From Podarcis muralis (Eukaryota): DNA of 64,000 nt. The number at the start of each line of letters is the position of its first letter. The first letter of the stretch is position 1. The notes beneath the pieces were generated by a model. That model was not told the DNA's origin, did not search any database, and saw only the letters and a list, made by a program, of their open reading frames with translations. The stretch spans positions 11,904,001 to 11,968,000 of the forward strand of contig NC_135667.1 in NCBI RefSeq assembly GCF_964188315.1, given 5' to 3'. The translations under genes were made by a program, and so were the position numbers. This document shows positions 23,608-36,300 of the stretch, one piece after another.

Positions 23608-26600
23608 TAAAAAATAATAATAATTGCATATCATAAAACTAAATGTACATTGATGGTCCCATATAAATAAACAAACAAATATTGTCAATTTCATAGTCAG
23701 TTCCTAAAAATATAAATAGGTAGTAACATATGATACATCACCTTTAAAAGACTTGTCTTTGAAATCTCCAGAAGGTCTCTATCCGCAATGGTTCTGTATC
23801 TGTTTCTAGATGCATATAAGGCATTCAGTGCATGTGCAACAGTATATACAGCATTATAAATGCTATAACTTTGGCTGGTCATACTCATTTCGAAAAAAGG
23901 TCCAGGAAGTCTCTCCAGTGTCTCCTTTCCTGTGCAGCATCTATTACCCATGTCAGTATCTGCAGTTAATGAACAGCTGAATGCTTGTTCCCAGAAGGCC
24001 CCGATAAAGCCATCTTCATCAGAGATGGAGGGATTCCGGATCTGAAGGAAATCTTTGAACCCCTTCACCTCAGTAGAATGAATGGCAAAAGACAAGGCAC
24101 CGTGGAAAATCTTTACATCCAGATTGTGGAAAAATGGCTCCAATGAAAAGTCCCAATGGGCTGTCATAACCCACACCTTGCTTATGGGGATCTTAATATC
24201 CTTTTCAATTAGATTGAGCACTACTTGCAAAATCAACATCATGTGAGGATCAGCACTTGCAACACAGACATTGACGCTTGTCTCATTTAGTGAAGCTATT
24301 ATATCCATATAAATGTCGTAAAAGTTAATCACACCTAAAATGTTGCTCTGTTTTGGCATCCTTTTAGCGAAGGCTGTACAGATACCATTCCGGGAAAAGA
24401 TGTGGTCCATGGTCTGGATGAATTTTTCTCCTTTATCATCACCCATGGCCAGGATCCCAACCCACTTCCATTGGAAATGGAGCAGCAGCTTGACAATTCC
24501 GGTGTACTGATGCTCTTCATTCGGCACCATGCGATATAAGGGAGAGCGCTGAGTTACATCACTCACACCTGGTGCATATAAACAATAGGTGACCTAAGCA
24601 AGGAAAATAATGTTTGTTTCCATTGAGGGAAATGTTTGCTTAATTATAATAGTGATCGTTTCTTTCATATTTGCTACACAAAATTGTCCACGCTAAACCC
24701 TTAGGCACCTTGTTTGCCCATTGGTATTTTAGTTTGCCCACAGGAATCTGTTTGGCTGCTGTGAAAAGAGTATTCTGGAACAGACAGACCACTGGCCTGA
24801 CCTAGCAGGCTCTTTTTATGTTCTTATGCATGTGGGATCTCTCGCCACACAACATCTCAGAACATCTACCCCTCAAATCTTCCTTCCTTGCAGACAGAGC
24901 CAGTGGCAGCTCTGTATCAGGAAGTTTTTAATGTTGGACAGTTACTGTGTTTTTATTATGTTGGATGCCACCCAGAGTGGCTGGGGCAACTCAATCAGAT
25001 GGATAATCTGATTATCTGATTATCCAATAATCAGATAATCAGATAATCAGATTATCCAATCTGAATAATAAAATTATTGTTGTCGCTGCTGCTGCTGCTG
25101 CTGCTGTTATTGCTGTGAAATATCAGCGGCACCCTGTCCAATGCTAACATTTGGTGCCTACATGGAGATGCCAGGAATTAAATCTGGGACCTTTCCTTTG
25201 TCATCCTACCTGTGGAATCTTGTAGAGGCCTAAGACAGTAGCTATGTGGAATGAGGTTTCAGAGTCAAGGCCTCCAATGACAGCAATTAGATTTTTCTGC
25301 ATATCACAGTTGTAGTTGAGAACAATCCTCTTCTGATTAAAGAGAAGATTCAAAGTGTTCTGGTAAGTTATCTGTGCATCAAAGTGACTGTCATAGATAT
25401 GGAACCCCAAAGTGATGTTGGGTAAGATCTTGCAGTTCTCATTTATCTCTTTTACAGCATACGCCAAGGACAAGACATGCTGATATTTTTTCACCATCAC
25501 ACTATAGTAGAGAAGAGGAAAAAACTAGACTCATAATGCATTAACTGGCATTCTGTCTCGATATCTCCTTTCTATACTTGACAGCTTTTGTAGGAGCAGC
25601 TTTCAACATTGCCTCCTGTACTTACATCATCTCAACACCAGCAAAGCCCTGGTGGGTCGATCTGGTCCAGCATCTTTTTTTCTACAGTGTCTAAGCAGAT
25701 ATCCATGGGAAATCCACAAAGAAAATATGTGAGCAATAGCCCTTTCCCACTGCCTCTTTCCCAGCAGATTATTATTCAGCTGCGTGCTGGCTATAAACCT
25801 GGGTGTAACACCCAGTAATCATTGCTGCTATTTTTCTAGAAAAAGAGGTGCTGGGACTCGCTATAAATACCTCCATTGTTCTCTTATAATGGCAATGACA
25901 TCCACCTGAGAGGTGAGAGAACTGAGTTCCTGTGAATTCCAGCTGAAAAGAAAGCCCTGGTCATCATAGACTAGTAGGTTTCAATAGCCTCTTGAGAACA
26001 TTTTTGTTGGTGGCCATCTCTACATATTGTGATAGTTAGTTCCATAGTTTATGTTTGGGTAAGCAGTGGTTATATATTGTCTGCCCAGAATATCTAACCA
26101 TTCCGCTTCATTGGATGAGCCTCAGTTCTAAAATTGTGAGACAGGAAGGAAAAGAAATGTCTCCTCATTTAATCCAAACCATGAATAATTTTAGAAACCT
26201 CTGTAATGCCCTTGCCTTCCTCAACGTGTCCCCCCCCCCCCAAAGTAAAAGGTTTCAAGTTACAACCTTTTCCTTATAATGGAATTGCTTCAGTCCCATA
26301 ATGATTCAGGTTGCTCTTTTCTGTGTTTTTTATAACTCTACAATATCCTTTTCAAGACTTGGCTCCCAGAACTGCAGACCATCCCAAATGTACAAAGGTA
26401 GAGTGTACAAAGGCATTATGGTATTTCTGAAACCATAATATTTAATAAAGCCTTTTCAAAACTGTCACATAGAGGGCTGACATTTGAATTGAATCATGAC
26501 ATAGTCAGTCACTGTCATATCAGCTACATTTGTCATTTTAATGCCAATTCAATTTTGGGGAAATATCCTTTCTCAACTCCTCACAATCCCTTTTTATTTT

Positions 26601-26847
26601 TTACCATCCATCTCATTGCTTAACCTCAAAATATGTCATTTATGAAGAAGTTAAAACAGATCTTTGGAAGATCACCACTCTGATGTCCATTTCTTCTTCC
26701 TACTCTCTGTTTTCAGTTTGTCAACCAGTTAATGTCTTATTATCCCTGACAAATTAATTTGTTCAGAAGCCTTTGGTGAAGGCAATGCTTTTTTGAAAAC
26801 TTGAGTAATTTCCAGAATATTGCATGGACACCTTTCTAAATGCTTTG

Positions 26848-26906
<59 letters not shown>

Positions 26907-27733
26907 AATATAACCTCTGAAGATTCACCTAACGGACTGTTTTTTAATAGCTAAGCTAATAATCATCATTCGATCTCTTGGTCTCTCTACAACCAATACT
27001 AAACCAGAAGTTCTTCACAGTTCTCTACAGTCAGTCTAACCATTATAGTCATTGGAACTTATTTGCTGTTTTGATCCTGTCTGACAGCAATTATAATTGG
27101 AATGTATGCATTGGGCCAGAGAGGGAAAGCTGAATACCTAGTCATAGGGATGGGTTTAAATTCTAGAAGTATGTGGTGTGAGATAAATTATAGAATCAAG
27201 TCTAACAAGGAAACTACATGTTCATCCCTGCCACAAAAAAGTGAACACCATTCCCTCCAGTATAGAAACCCAAGTGGTTATTTTTAAAAAACAAATCATT
27301 GCTAGTAGGACCTTTTTATATAATTTATCCAAGGAGAATGAGGCAGCCAATCACTATTAGTCACGATAGCTACATTATACATCCAGGTTCACAAAACAGT
27401 CAAATGTATGCAATGGAAAACAAGACAATGACTTCCTTACACAGGTTCAACATCATACTTTGGTTTTGGCTGTGTTTTGAAGTCTGCACCCTCTGAAAAT
27501 GAGAAGATCTGGGAAGTGATCCCACCAATGATAAAGCTCCCTGGCTGATAATACTGGTATCTCACCCGGAGGGGATCATTCATGGTACACAAAGCTGGAT
27601 TCAGATTGCAATCAGTTTGAGGCAACAGCAGCAACACCAGGAGTTGTAAGGACAAGAAATACCCTGTCATCCAGAAGGAAAAATCGTCTTCCTTGGACAA
27701 AGAACTCCCGGTTCCCTTCTTGATCATTCTCAT
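18083..27733 (-). CDS. Vmn2r: V2R gene C, intact 6-exon receptor (about 897 aa from the first ATG; start codon uncertain)
   Basis: Exons: 27441-27733, 25210-25501 (292), 23742-24593 (852), 22342-22569 (228), 19983-20109 (127), 18083-18984 (902). GT-AG boundaries, compatible phases, total 2694 nt. Confidence 0.93.
19529..19562. repeat. (GT)n microsatellite
   Basis: Direct read. Confidence 0.95.
20755..21605 (-). mobile_element. 5'-truncated non-LTR retrotransposon with a C-terminal CCHC knuckle, (TTGAA)n tail and 13-bp TSD; clade uncertain
   Basis: TSD TACAAAACAGAAT at 20742-20754 and 21606-21618; minus-strand coding '[40 protein letters not shown]'. Confidence 0.8.
22857..23119 (+). mobile_element. 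hAT-type MITE
   Basis: Imperfect TIRs CAGGGGTCAGCAAAC / GTTTGCCTACCCATG; 8-bp TSD CCTTATAT vs CCTTATAA; same family as 60406-60655. Confidence 0.85.
23235..23620 (+). mobile_element. L2 LINE 3' fragment with (AAT)n tail
   Basis: '[76 protein letters not shown]'. Confidence 0.85.
23555..23603. repeat. (AAT)n microsatellite
   Basis: Direct read. Confidence 0.95.
25000..25058. repeat. Perfect 25-bp inverted repeat built from GATAATCA-type 8-mers
   Basis: 25000-25024 pairs with 25034-25058, 9-nt loop. Confidence 0.9.
25823..25959 (+). mobile_element. Short hAT-like MITE (tgctatttttctagaaaaagaggtgc...aaagccctg)
   Basis: 8-bp near-TSD GTAATCAT / GTCATCAT; a related fragment (tttttctaggaaaaacaggtgc) lies near 22150-22175. 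Confidence 0.6.
25990..26850 (-). mobile_element. Old, decayed CR1-like fragment
   Basis: Patchy similarity to the CR1 RT 3' region in reverse (cccaaatgtacaaaggtagagtgtacaaaggcattatggtat); boundaries approximate. Confidence 0.4.
26858..26903. repeat. (TC)n microsatellite
   Basis: Direct read. Confidence 0.95.
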
Positions 27734-30356
27734 CTGTCACCAACCTGGTTACAAAAGCATAGTCTCATTGAAGCTAAAGCCTGTTAATAAACTGATCTGC
27801 TACCTGCCCTCTAAACTTAAAGGGGGGAAAGGTCCCCACAAATGGTGACACAGTACTGTATGAACTCTCCCCCCTTTCTGACTAGTTCGAGGGCTATTAT
27901 ATATACATATTTAAAAGAATAATATGGCCTGTTGCAGTAAGGACAGTGAATAATTGAGATCTTAGATAATTATACAGGATGAACAAGCATCTCCCCAAAG
28001 TATTGCATTCAGAAAGGCACCAGCTGTTGCAGGACTGCAAAATAAATATAGACCATTCCAGTTCTTAATTAGTTTTACAATGTTAGAACAATTGTAACTT
28101 CCACTGTTATTGCAGTACCATTTGTTCCCCCTGGAAATAGCATAGGTTTTTGATGCCTGGGCAAGAGGAGTGGAAGAAATCTATAGGAAATTGGGTAGGG
28201 TGGGTTTGCCCTGCTTTTGTGGCTCAGATTATTTATTTATTTATTCGAAACATCTTTTGTCTTGTTTTAATAAATAAAATAGAAATGTATTTCAGTGTCT
28301 CAGAGATAAACATTTATATATTTATTAATTTGAAACATCTTTTTAAAATAAAATTTTTTAAAAAATACTTGCCAGGTACTGATTGCACTATACACGTTTA
28401 AGTCTCAGTTTTGGTGCAAGGTGACTATAGTAATGATAGTAGCATTTGACAAGGATTCCCCCCCCCCAAGGTATAAAATAGACACTCCTCCATGGAGAAA
28501 CTCTTGCTCTCTAAATTAGGTAATCCACCTCATCTTGAAAACCCACTCTTTAGACCTAAATCGGAACAAGTCCTGTTTCTTCCAATTCAACTCTAAACCA
28601 TGGGTTTTCATGGGGAAAATTGGTGGAGCAAATGAAGGTGTGGATGAATCCTATGTATCCATTAGGCCTGGATCCTAGTTTTCTGATTGACTGCAGCAGG
28701 TTCCAAGTCAGCTATGGTCCAAATCTGATAGACATAGGTGGTGATCGTGCCAGCAAGGGCACAGAAGGGTTGGAGTTAAGATCTGATCAGGAAAGGCTGG
28801 AAACTCTATGTTGCTACTCAATGATAGGAGTTTCAAATGAGTTTCACAGAGTGAACAACTGACAAGGTTGGCAAAGTTTGGAAGGCCTGCTGTGGGTCCT
28901 TGGATTGTGAGTGGAGTGCAGCCACGTGTTGCAAAAGCCATGAGGATAGCATCTGACAAGGCCCTCTGAAAGGTTGTTCTAGAACTGAGAAGCCACCGCC
29001 AAAATATCTAGTAGCCAGCCATCCATTTTACATTTAATTTATTTGATGACGGAAATTGGAGCAGAGCCTCTATCAATGAACTTCATGATCAGTTAGAGTT
29101 GTATATGGCAAGGCAATATTTCAATAGCTTGGTCCAAGATTTTATGGGCTTTAAATGTAAGAATGAGAATTTTGGGGGGTTACCGTGTCAAATAACCTCA
29201 TTTGAAATTCTCCTTGAGCAAAATAATAAAACCAAAATAATAACAAAGATATACTTAATACTCTAAATATATACCAAACAATCTCTCTATCCTTTATATA
29301 AAAGGAAATAGGAATGGGACTTAGCAAATATTGGGTTAACAATCCTCAAAGCAGAATGGACACTGGCATTTAAAATATTCCAAAAACATATATTAATGTA
29401 AACCTGAATGAGAATTATCTTAAGGCAATTTTCCAATGATACTAAATTTCACACAGAATTAGTAAAGTTTATGGCCAAAACATGAATAGCTACAGAATTA
29501 GCACAGATTTAATACATATCTTTTGGAGTTGTGAAAAAGAAATACTTTTCTGGACAGAAGTACTAATTAATTATATAAACAAGCACAGGCTACAATCTTC
29601 CAAGAAATCCTACAATAACTCTCCTTTATTCTGAAGTCATTAATACTGATTTGCAGCTGATTAAAACATGGCTAATGAAAACAAAACAGAGCAATACCCA
29701 AAAATGGAAAAATAAAGACCCTCTTACTATAACAATTAGGTAAGAAAAAGCTGTCAAACTATCTCAATGATAAAACTTACATAAGAGAGAATGCAATAAA
29801 TAATAATCAAGAAAACAAAGTTATCGGGAGCTGGGCTTTATTTTGACCTTTTGGAGTGACAATGTGAACACGACTTTCCCTTTTAATCTGTCCACTATAC
29901 TTCACAGTGTGTGTATCTGTGTGTGTCTGCTATGTTGCCCCTTTCTTCTTTCACATGTTATTTGTGGCCATCCAACCTCTGCTTTCAAAGGTACCTAGAG
30001 AAGGGGGAATACATATGGCATAGAGCTAAAATTGACCCACTGTAAGTTTGTAAAAATTTCAGCCCTGAAACAAGGGTACAGAGTAAAACATATTTAGGAT
30101 TGAACACGAAATAGAAAACTAAACATTTATCATTGATTAAATAATTCAACCAAACTACAAGAACTTTATTTAATGGAGTTCATTGGGACATGAGATGTCT
30201 CCCTAAATATGCCACATCTGATTCAAAGTAAACATCATGTTTCAGAATATCATGGGGCACATTTGAGATATTTAGTCTGTATATATAAATGGGGGTAAAA
30301 CATATTAGAAACAGTTGTGGTTACTCCTGAATATTATTATCTCAGTTGTAATGTTT

Positions 30357-33300
30357 TTAATTATTTCTCTTTTTTAGCTGCTCTTTACTGTTCAGGTCTG
30401 GCCTCAGTATAATTATGTAACATTTAGGGGAGAAAATGCAACCAAGTATTCCAGCACTGGAGGCCAAGATAGAGAAGATCTCCACAGCCACCATATACTT
30501 CCCTTTGGTGCTTAAATAAGTTGGAACAAATGAAAGCCACACACTGCAAAACACCAACATGCTAAAAGTGATAAATTTGGCTTCATTAAAAGTGTCCGGA
30601 AGCTTCCGAGCAAAGAAAGCGACAACAAAGCTAACAAGAGCCAGAAATCCCATGTAACCAAGAATATAGTAGAACATATTGGGTGAACCCTCATTGCATT
30701 CGACTATGATATACTCAGGCAGAGAGTGCATGTCAAGATCTGGGAATGGAGGCTCAGTACCCAGCCATAGCATGCAAATACTTGCTTGGATAAATGAGCA
30801 ACAGAGAATAATAGAGGTTGAAAATCTTTTCCCCAACCACTTCCTCATCTTGGATCCTGGTTTAGTTGCCATGAAAGCCAAAACAACAGTGAGGGTTTTT
30901 GCCAAGACAGAAGAAACAGCCACTGAGAAGATGATACCAAAAGCAGTTTGTCGTAAATAGCAGGTTGGGATCTGAGGCTGGCCAATGAATAGCAAGGAGC
31001 AGAGGAAGCAGAGCAGGAGGGAGATGAGCAGGGTGTAGGTGAGGTTCCGGTTGTTGGCTTTGACAATTGGTGTCTTCCAGTGCTTGATGAAGAGTCCAAG
31101 GACAAAAGCAGTGACTATAGAAAAAGCCAGAGCCAATGCAGTCAAACTGATGCCCACAGGTTCATCATAAGACAGGAAGTTTAGGTCCTTGGGAAGACAC
31201 TGGTTTCTCTCTTTGTTAGGATATTGATCTTCTGGACAGTGGAAACAATCATCCATGTCTTGTTTTAATAAAATAAAATAGAAATGTATTTCAGTGTCTC
31301 AGAGATAGGCAATACTGAAGTCCACTAAGGACACTTCTTTATTAGAGATTATGCATATCCCTGCACATCACCATTTAGTTCTGCTGTGTTTCTGTTCAAC
31401 TGAGGATTGCACAAGCGCAAAAGCATCTTACACACCCCAGAATTTAAGTTGGGCCACTTATAATTCTAGGTTTTTGTAGGTTTTTCCTTAAAAGAAAGAC
31501 TACTCTCCAAGGAATTGGAGGAAACGTCATGTGCTCTTTAGCATAATTATAATTCTTGTAGAAGTATCGTGTTTATTTCTTTCACCCAGTTACCCATGGA
31601 GCTTGAGACATTTCTTGGGTGCTATCTATCTTGCTGAAACAATGATACAGCCCCTCTAATGTCAGTATATATGATTGCTCTTAATATGCTTTACAGAATA
31701 ATGTGTACAACCTCTCTTGTCCGAAATCTTCCCTTCTGGACATAGAGCACAATCATAGCAACAAAATGGTTCTCCCTCCTTCTTTTTTCTGCTGGAACCT
31801 GGGTGGCAAGGGGCATTGCACAATGCAAGGGGCACAGCCTATTCACAGAAAAAGAAGATACAGCATTTGTTTTTTTAAAAAACCCCTCCTATGGTCAAGA
31901 AATTGCTGGTGTCAACAAAGAGCATCATATATCACTGAGAGGATTATGCATGCTGATCAGACTACAGCTCATTTGAAGAGGGTAGGGTTACAGCACAGTT
32001 AAAAGTTCCCCCTTCCTGTTGGCAGTCTTTTTTGGGTGTTTGGGTGGGTGTGTGGGTGTGGGTGTGTATGAAATATTTTTTAAAAGGAACTCACACTTTG
32101 AGTCATTTAAGAATCTTTGCCCTTACTCTGAACTGACCTTGTTTCCCCTTATTGACCCCTAACATTGTTTGATCGCCCTTTAAACTAATCAATTGCTATT
32201 ATTCTAAGTTTGCTTTCTTTGCCTTCAGTCATCTGAGTTTTGTAGAATGCTACAAAAAACTGTGTGTTCACCACTAAAACAAAACAAAACAAAAGGTTAA
32301 AATTAAATGGTATCTTTCTATTTAACCAGATGGACTATTTTCAAAATGGAAGTTCTATATTGTTTCCCTTAAAACTGTAAATACGTAACTCTAAAAGTGG
32401 GCCCTTTTGCTACCCATATCAGTCTCTAATGAAAGTTTATCTCCTGTACCATAGCAAGTTTGATTTCAGGAAGTATGTGGGCTGAAAGGGGGGGGCAGTG
32501 CCAGGAGACGATGTGGATGCCCTGAATAGAGTCAGAAATATGAGGTCTGTTCTGAGTCAAGTAGGGAAGGATTTGGTCAATTTCTAGCACACAACCCTAA
32601 ACGTAAAATCCAATGCTACAGACTGGAGCCAACAATGACATGCAGGGAAAGTTATTAAGCTTTATGTCTTAGAAGCACCATTCTGGTCCTACCTTTTGGA
32701 ATCCGCTGTGCCATGTAATTATAGCCTTATTAATGGAGAACTCTCTGTCCAGCGGTGACTGAGGATCCATCCTCCCTACTTTCACTTTTAGGAAGGATTT
32801 ATTTTGGAAAGTAACCCAATTGATAATATCAAATCCAGCTATCAGTTCACCTTTCTCATCAAAGGAGACCTTATCCCCAGCAGTGTTGTTAAATGAGATA
32901 CTCCTCAGAAAAGGGTAAAGCTAGAATGAAAGAAGTTTAAATTAGTATTGTCTCTTTCCACCCCTTTTGTAAAACTTATCTGGCTTCTGAAGCTATTAGT
33001 TATTTCCCTCTAAGTAGGTAAAAAAGGTAAAGGACCCCTGGACAATTAAGTCCAGTCAAAGGCGACTGTGGGGTGTGGCGCTCATCTTGCTTCAGGCCGA
33101 GGGAGCTGGCGTTTGTCCGCAGACAACTTTCCGGGTCATGTGGCCAACATGACTAAACCGCTTCTGATGCGATGGGACACCGTGACAAGTGCCGGAGTTC
33201 ACGGAAATGCTGTTTACCTTCCTGCCACAGTGGTACCTATTTATTTACTCACGCTGGTATGCTTTTGAACTGCTAGGTTTGCAGGAACTGAAGCGCCACA

Positions 33301-36300
33301 CTGCATATTCACCTTTGACTGGATTTAACAGTCCAGGGTTCCTTTACCTTTTTTTAACATATCATCACAGTATTTCAACCATTATTGAAAATGGCAAAGA
33401 TACGAAAGATTGGCCCTGGTGGATCAGATCAATGTCATTCTGAGTCTTCATCCTATGGGCATCTTTGAGAACATGATGGAACATGATTCGATAGATACTT
33501 CATCTGATCCTACAGTGCTGCTCTTATGTATTCATGTGACATTTTACCTGATGTGTGCCCTAGTATATCCCACTTTAGGTAGTATATAAACAAATAAGTA
33601 AACACAAAAAGGGGCAGCATGGATGAACACGGTAACTTCCCACCCATCCCCAATGATTCTACTTTTTCTGTGTAAGAAATTACCTTAAAATGTTGCAGCT
33701 TAGAAGTCTTCAGATGCTTTCCATCCACCATTTCTCCATGTCTCTTTCCGGATGAATACAGGGCATGCAATGCATGTGCCACAGCATAGACAGTATTATA
33801 GATGCTGTAGCTTTGGCTGGTCATACTTATTTCAAAAAAAGGTCCAGGAAGGCTCTCTAACTTTTCCCTACCACTGCAACTCCCGCTACTCTCCTCACCC
33901 ATGCCAGTATCTGGAAATAAGCAGCTGAACGCTTGCTCCCAGAAGACTTTGATAAAGCCATCTCCATCAGAGTGGGAACTATGGACCTGAAGGAAATGTT
34001 GGAACCCTTGCACCTCACTGGAGTGAGCTGCAAAGGACAAGGCGCCATGGAAAATCTGAATGTCCAGTTTCTTGAATAACGGATGAACGGAAAAATCCCA
34101 GTGGGCTGTCATTATCCACACCTTGTTAATAGGCATCATATTAGTAACACCCAGATTGAGAACCACCTGCAGATCTAATATCATATGAGTGTCAGCACTT
34201 ACAATAGCTACATTGACACTTGCCTTGCTTAGCAATGTTGCCATATTCATAAAAATGTCATAAAAGTTAATAACACCTAAAATGTTGCTCTGGATTGGCA
34301 TTCTCTCGGTGAAGCCTGTACAGATACCATTCTGAGAAAATCTTTGCTTCATCGTCTGCACAAACTTTTCTCCTTTGTCATCACCCATGGCCATGATCCC
34401 GACCCACTTCCATTGAAAGTATAGCAGCAGCTTGACCATTCCACTGTACTGATGTTCTTCATTGGGGACCATGCGGTACAAGGAGAAGTGATAGGTTACA
34501 TCATTCACAACTGGAGTATATATACAGTAGGTAACCTAAGCAAGAAAAATAGGTTTTCCTGTAATAAATGTATATAGTCAAACCTTTGCTTACTGACAAT
34601 ATTAATTCAGTTTTTCTCATTAAAAAAACAACAACCCAAGGATATATTTGTGGGCTTATTTCACATTTTAACCCTACAAGACTCCAGTGAATTGGAACAG
34701 ACTGGGGGGCAGTGATTGTTGAAGATAACCTCGTGAATTCTATGTATGACTCAAATCTGGATCTCCTGGTCTTCACTCCCAACGCACTAACCACAATGCC
34801 ATACCATTCTTTGTTCTGAATTATTGGTTAATCATTCCTGAATTATTATTTCAGGAATTATTCCTGAAATGCAGCTCTCTGACAAAACACAACTCTGTTT
34901 TTTTCCAATGCAGTTCTCCCATCAAAAGGAAGCACATATTGGGAGAAAGAGTGCATAACAATTTGGAGAAAAACTACATGCAAAAGTGGGATATACTAGT
35001 GAAATCTGCTTGCAAAAAATGTGGATTTTAGGCAAAATTGTATACAGTAATATGCCTATTAGGAAAAATTCACATTAAGATATTAATGTATTTCTGCAAG
35101 GACTTCATATGCAATTTTGTACACACTGCTCGGCTGAGAAACTGCATTGCACAATTTGTATAAGTGAAAATAAGTTTCATTTAACATATTGTTAATGGAT
35201 TCATCTTCAAAAGGAAATTGGATTGAATTTACTTCATCCTTACTCTCAAGCTTGAAGTCTGCCTTGCCCTGGCTTACCGAATGCTGTATCCTACAATGGA
35301 TCTGGTAGAATTTATTGTAAAATGACTGAAGCACTCATGTGATGGAAAGAAATCTGACACCATGACCATATATATGGCCAAAGCTGCACTAGTCACAAGA
35401 TGTATAGCCAATTCCCTTCTTCCCCCCATCTTCATTTATCAGATGTTCCCTGCATAATTTACATCAAATATTTCAACATATGTTGAGGAAATGGATGCTA
35501 CTATTCACATTAATTTTTAGGTAGGTATGTCCATAGGAAAACTGGCAATCTGGTGAGCCTCCTAGTGAGTCTCAGACCACTGGTCCATTTATTCAGTATT
35601 GACTGTAGTAGCTGGCAGTGGCTGTCCAGAATTTCAGGGAGGCAGCACTTCCAGCCCTGCTTGGAGTTGCCAGGGATTGAACCTGGAAACTTCTGCGTGC
35701 AAAGCAGCTGCTCGATCACTGAACTATGGCCCTTCCTATGTGCGAATTCTCCTTCATGTAAACAATGGATAGTATAGGACAATTTTCTCATAAGAATGAT
35801 GAGCACAGCAGAGTCATTGAGTCTGGTAAATGGGAAACAGGTGAAGTTGATGTCTCTTACCTGTGGTATCTTGTAAAGCCCTAAGATAGTGGCTATGTGG
35901 AGGGATGTTTCTGAATCAAGTCCCCCAATGACAGCAACAGGGTTCTTCTTCATGTCGCAGTTGAAGTTGAGAACAGTTCTCTTCTGATTAAATAGAAGAT
36001 TCAAAGTGTTCTGGTAAGTTACCTGTGCATCAAAGTGGCTGTCATAAACATGGAACCCCAAGGTGATGTTGGGTAAGATCTTGTGGTTCTCATTGATCTC
36101 TTTCACAGCAAATACAAAGGACAGGGCATGTTGATATTTTTTCAGCATTGCACTAATGTAAAAGACAGGTAATGTGTAAGAAGTGATGGTCTACATGATG
36201 AACTACTTCCTCACACACTGCTGCTTCTGTAGGAACGTCTGCTTCAGTGTCTCTTGCAATATATTATATAAAGTGCCGCAGCAACCCATATTTATTATTG

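Noticed and set aside
28620-28862. Plus-strand ORF containing 'FQVSYGP', reminiscent of a class C GPCR exon 3 start
   Set aside because: Only a 5-residue match, opposite strand to the cluster, and no further V2R motifs.
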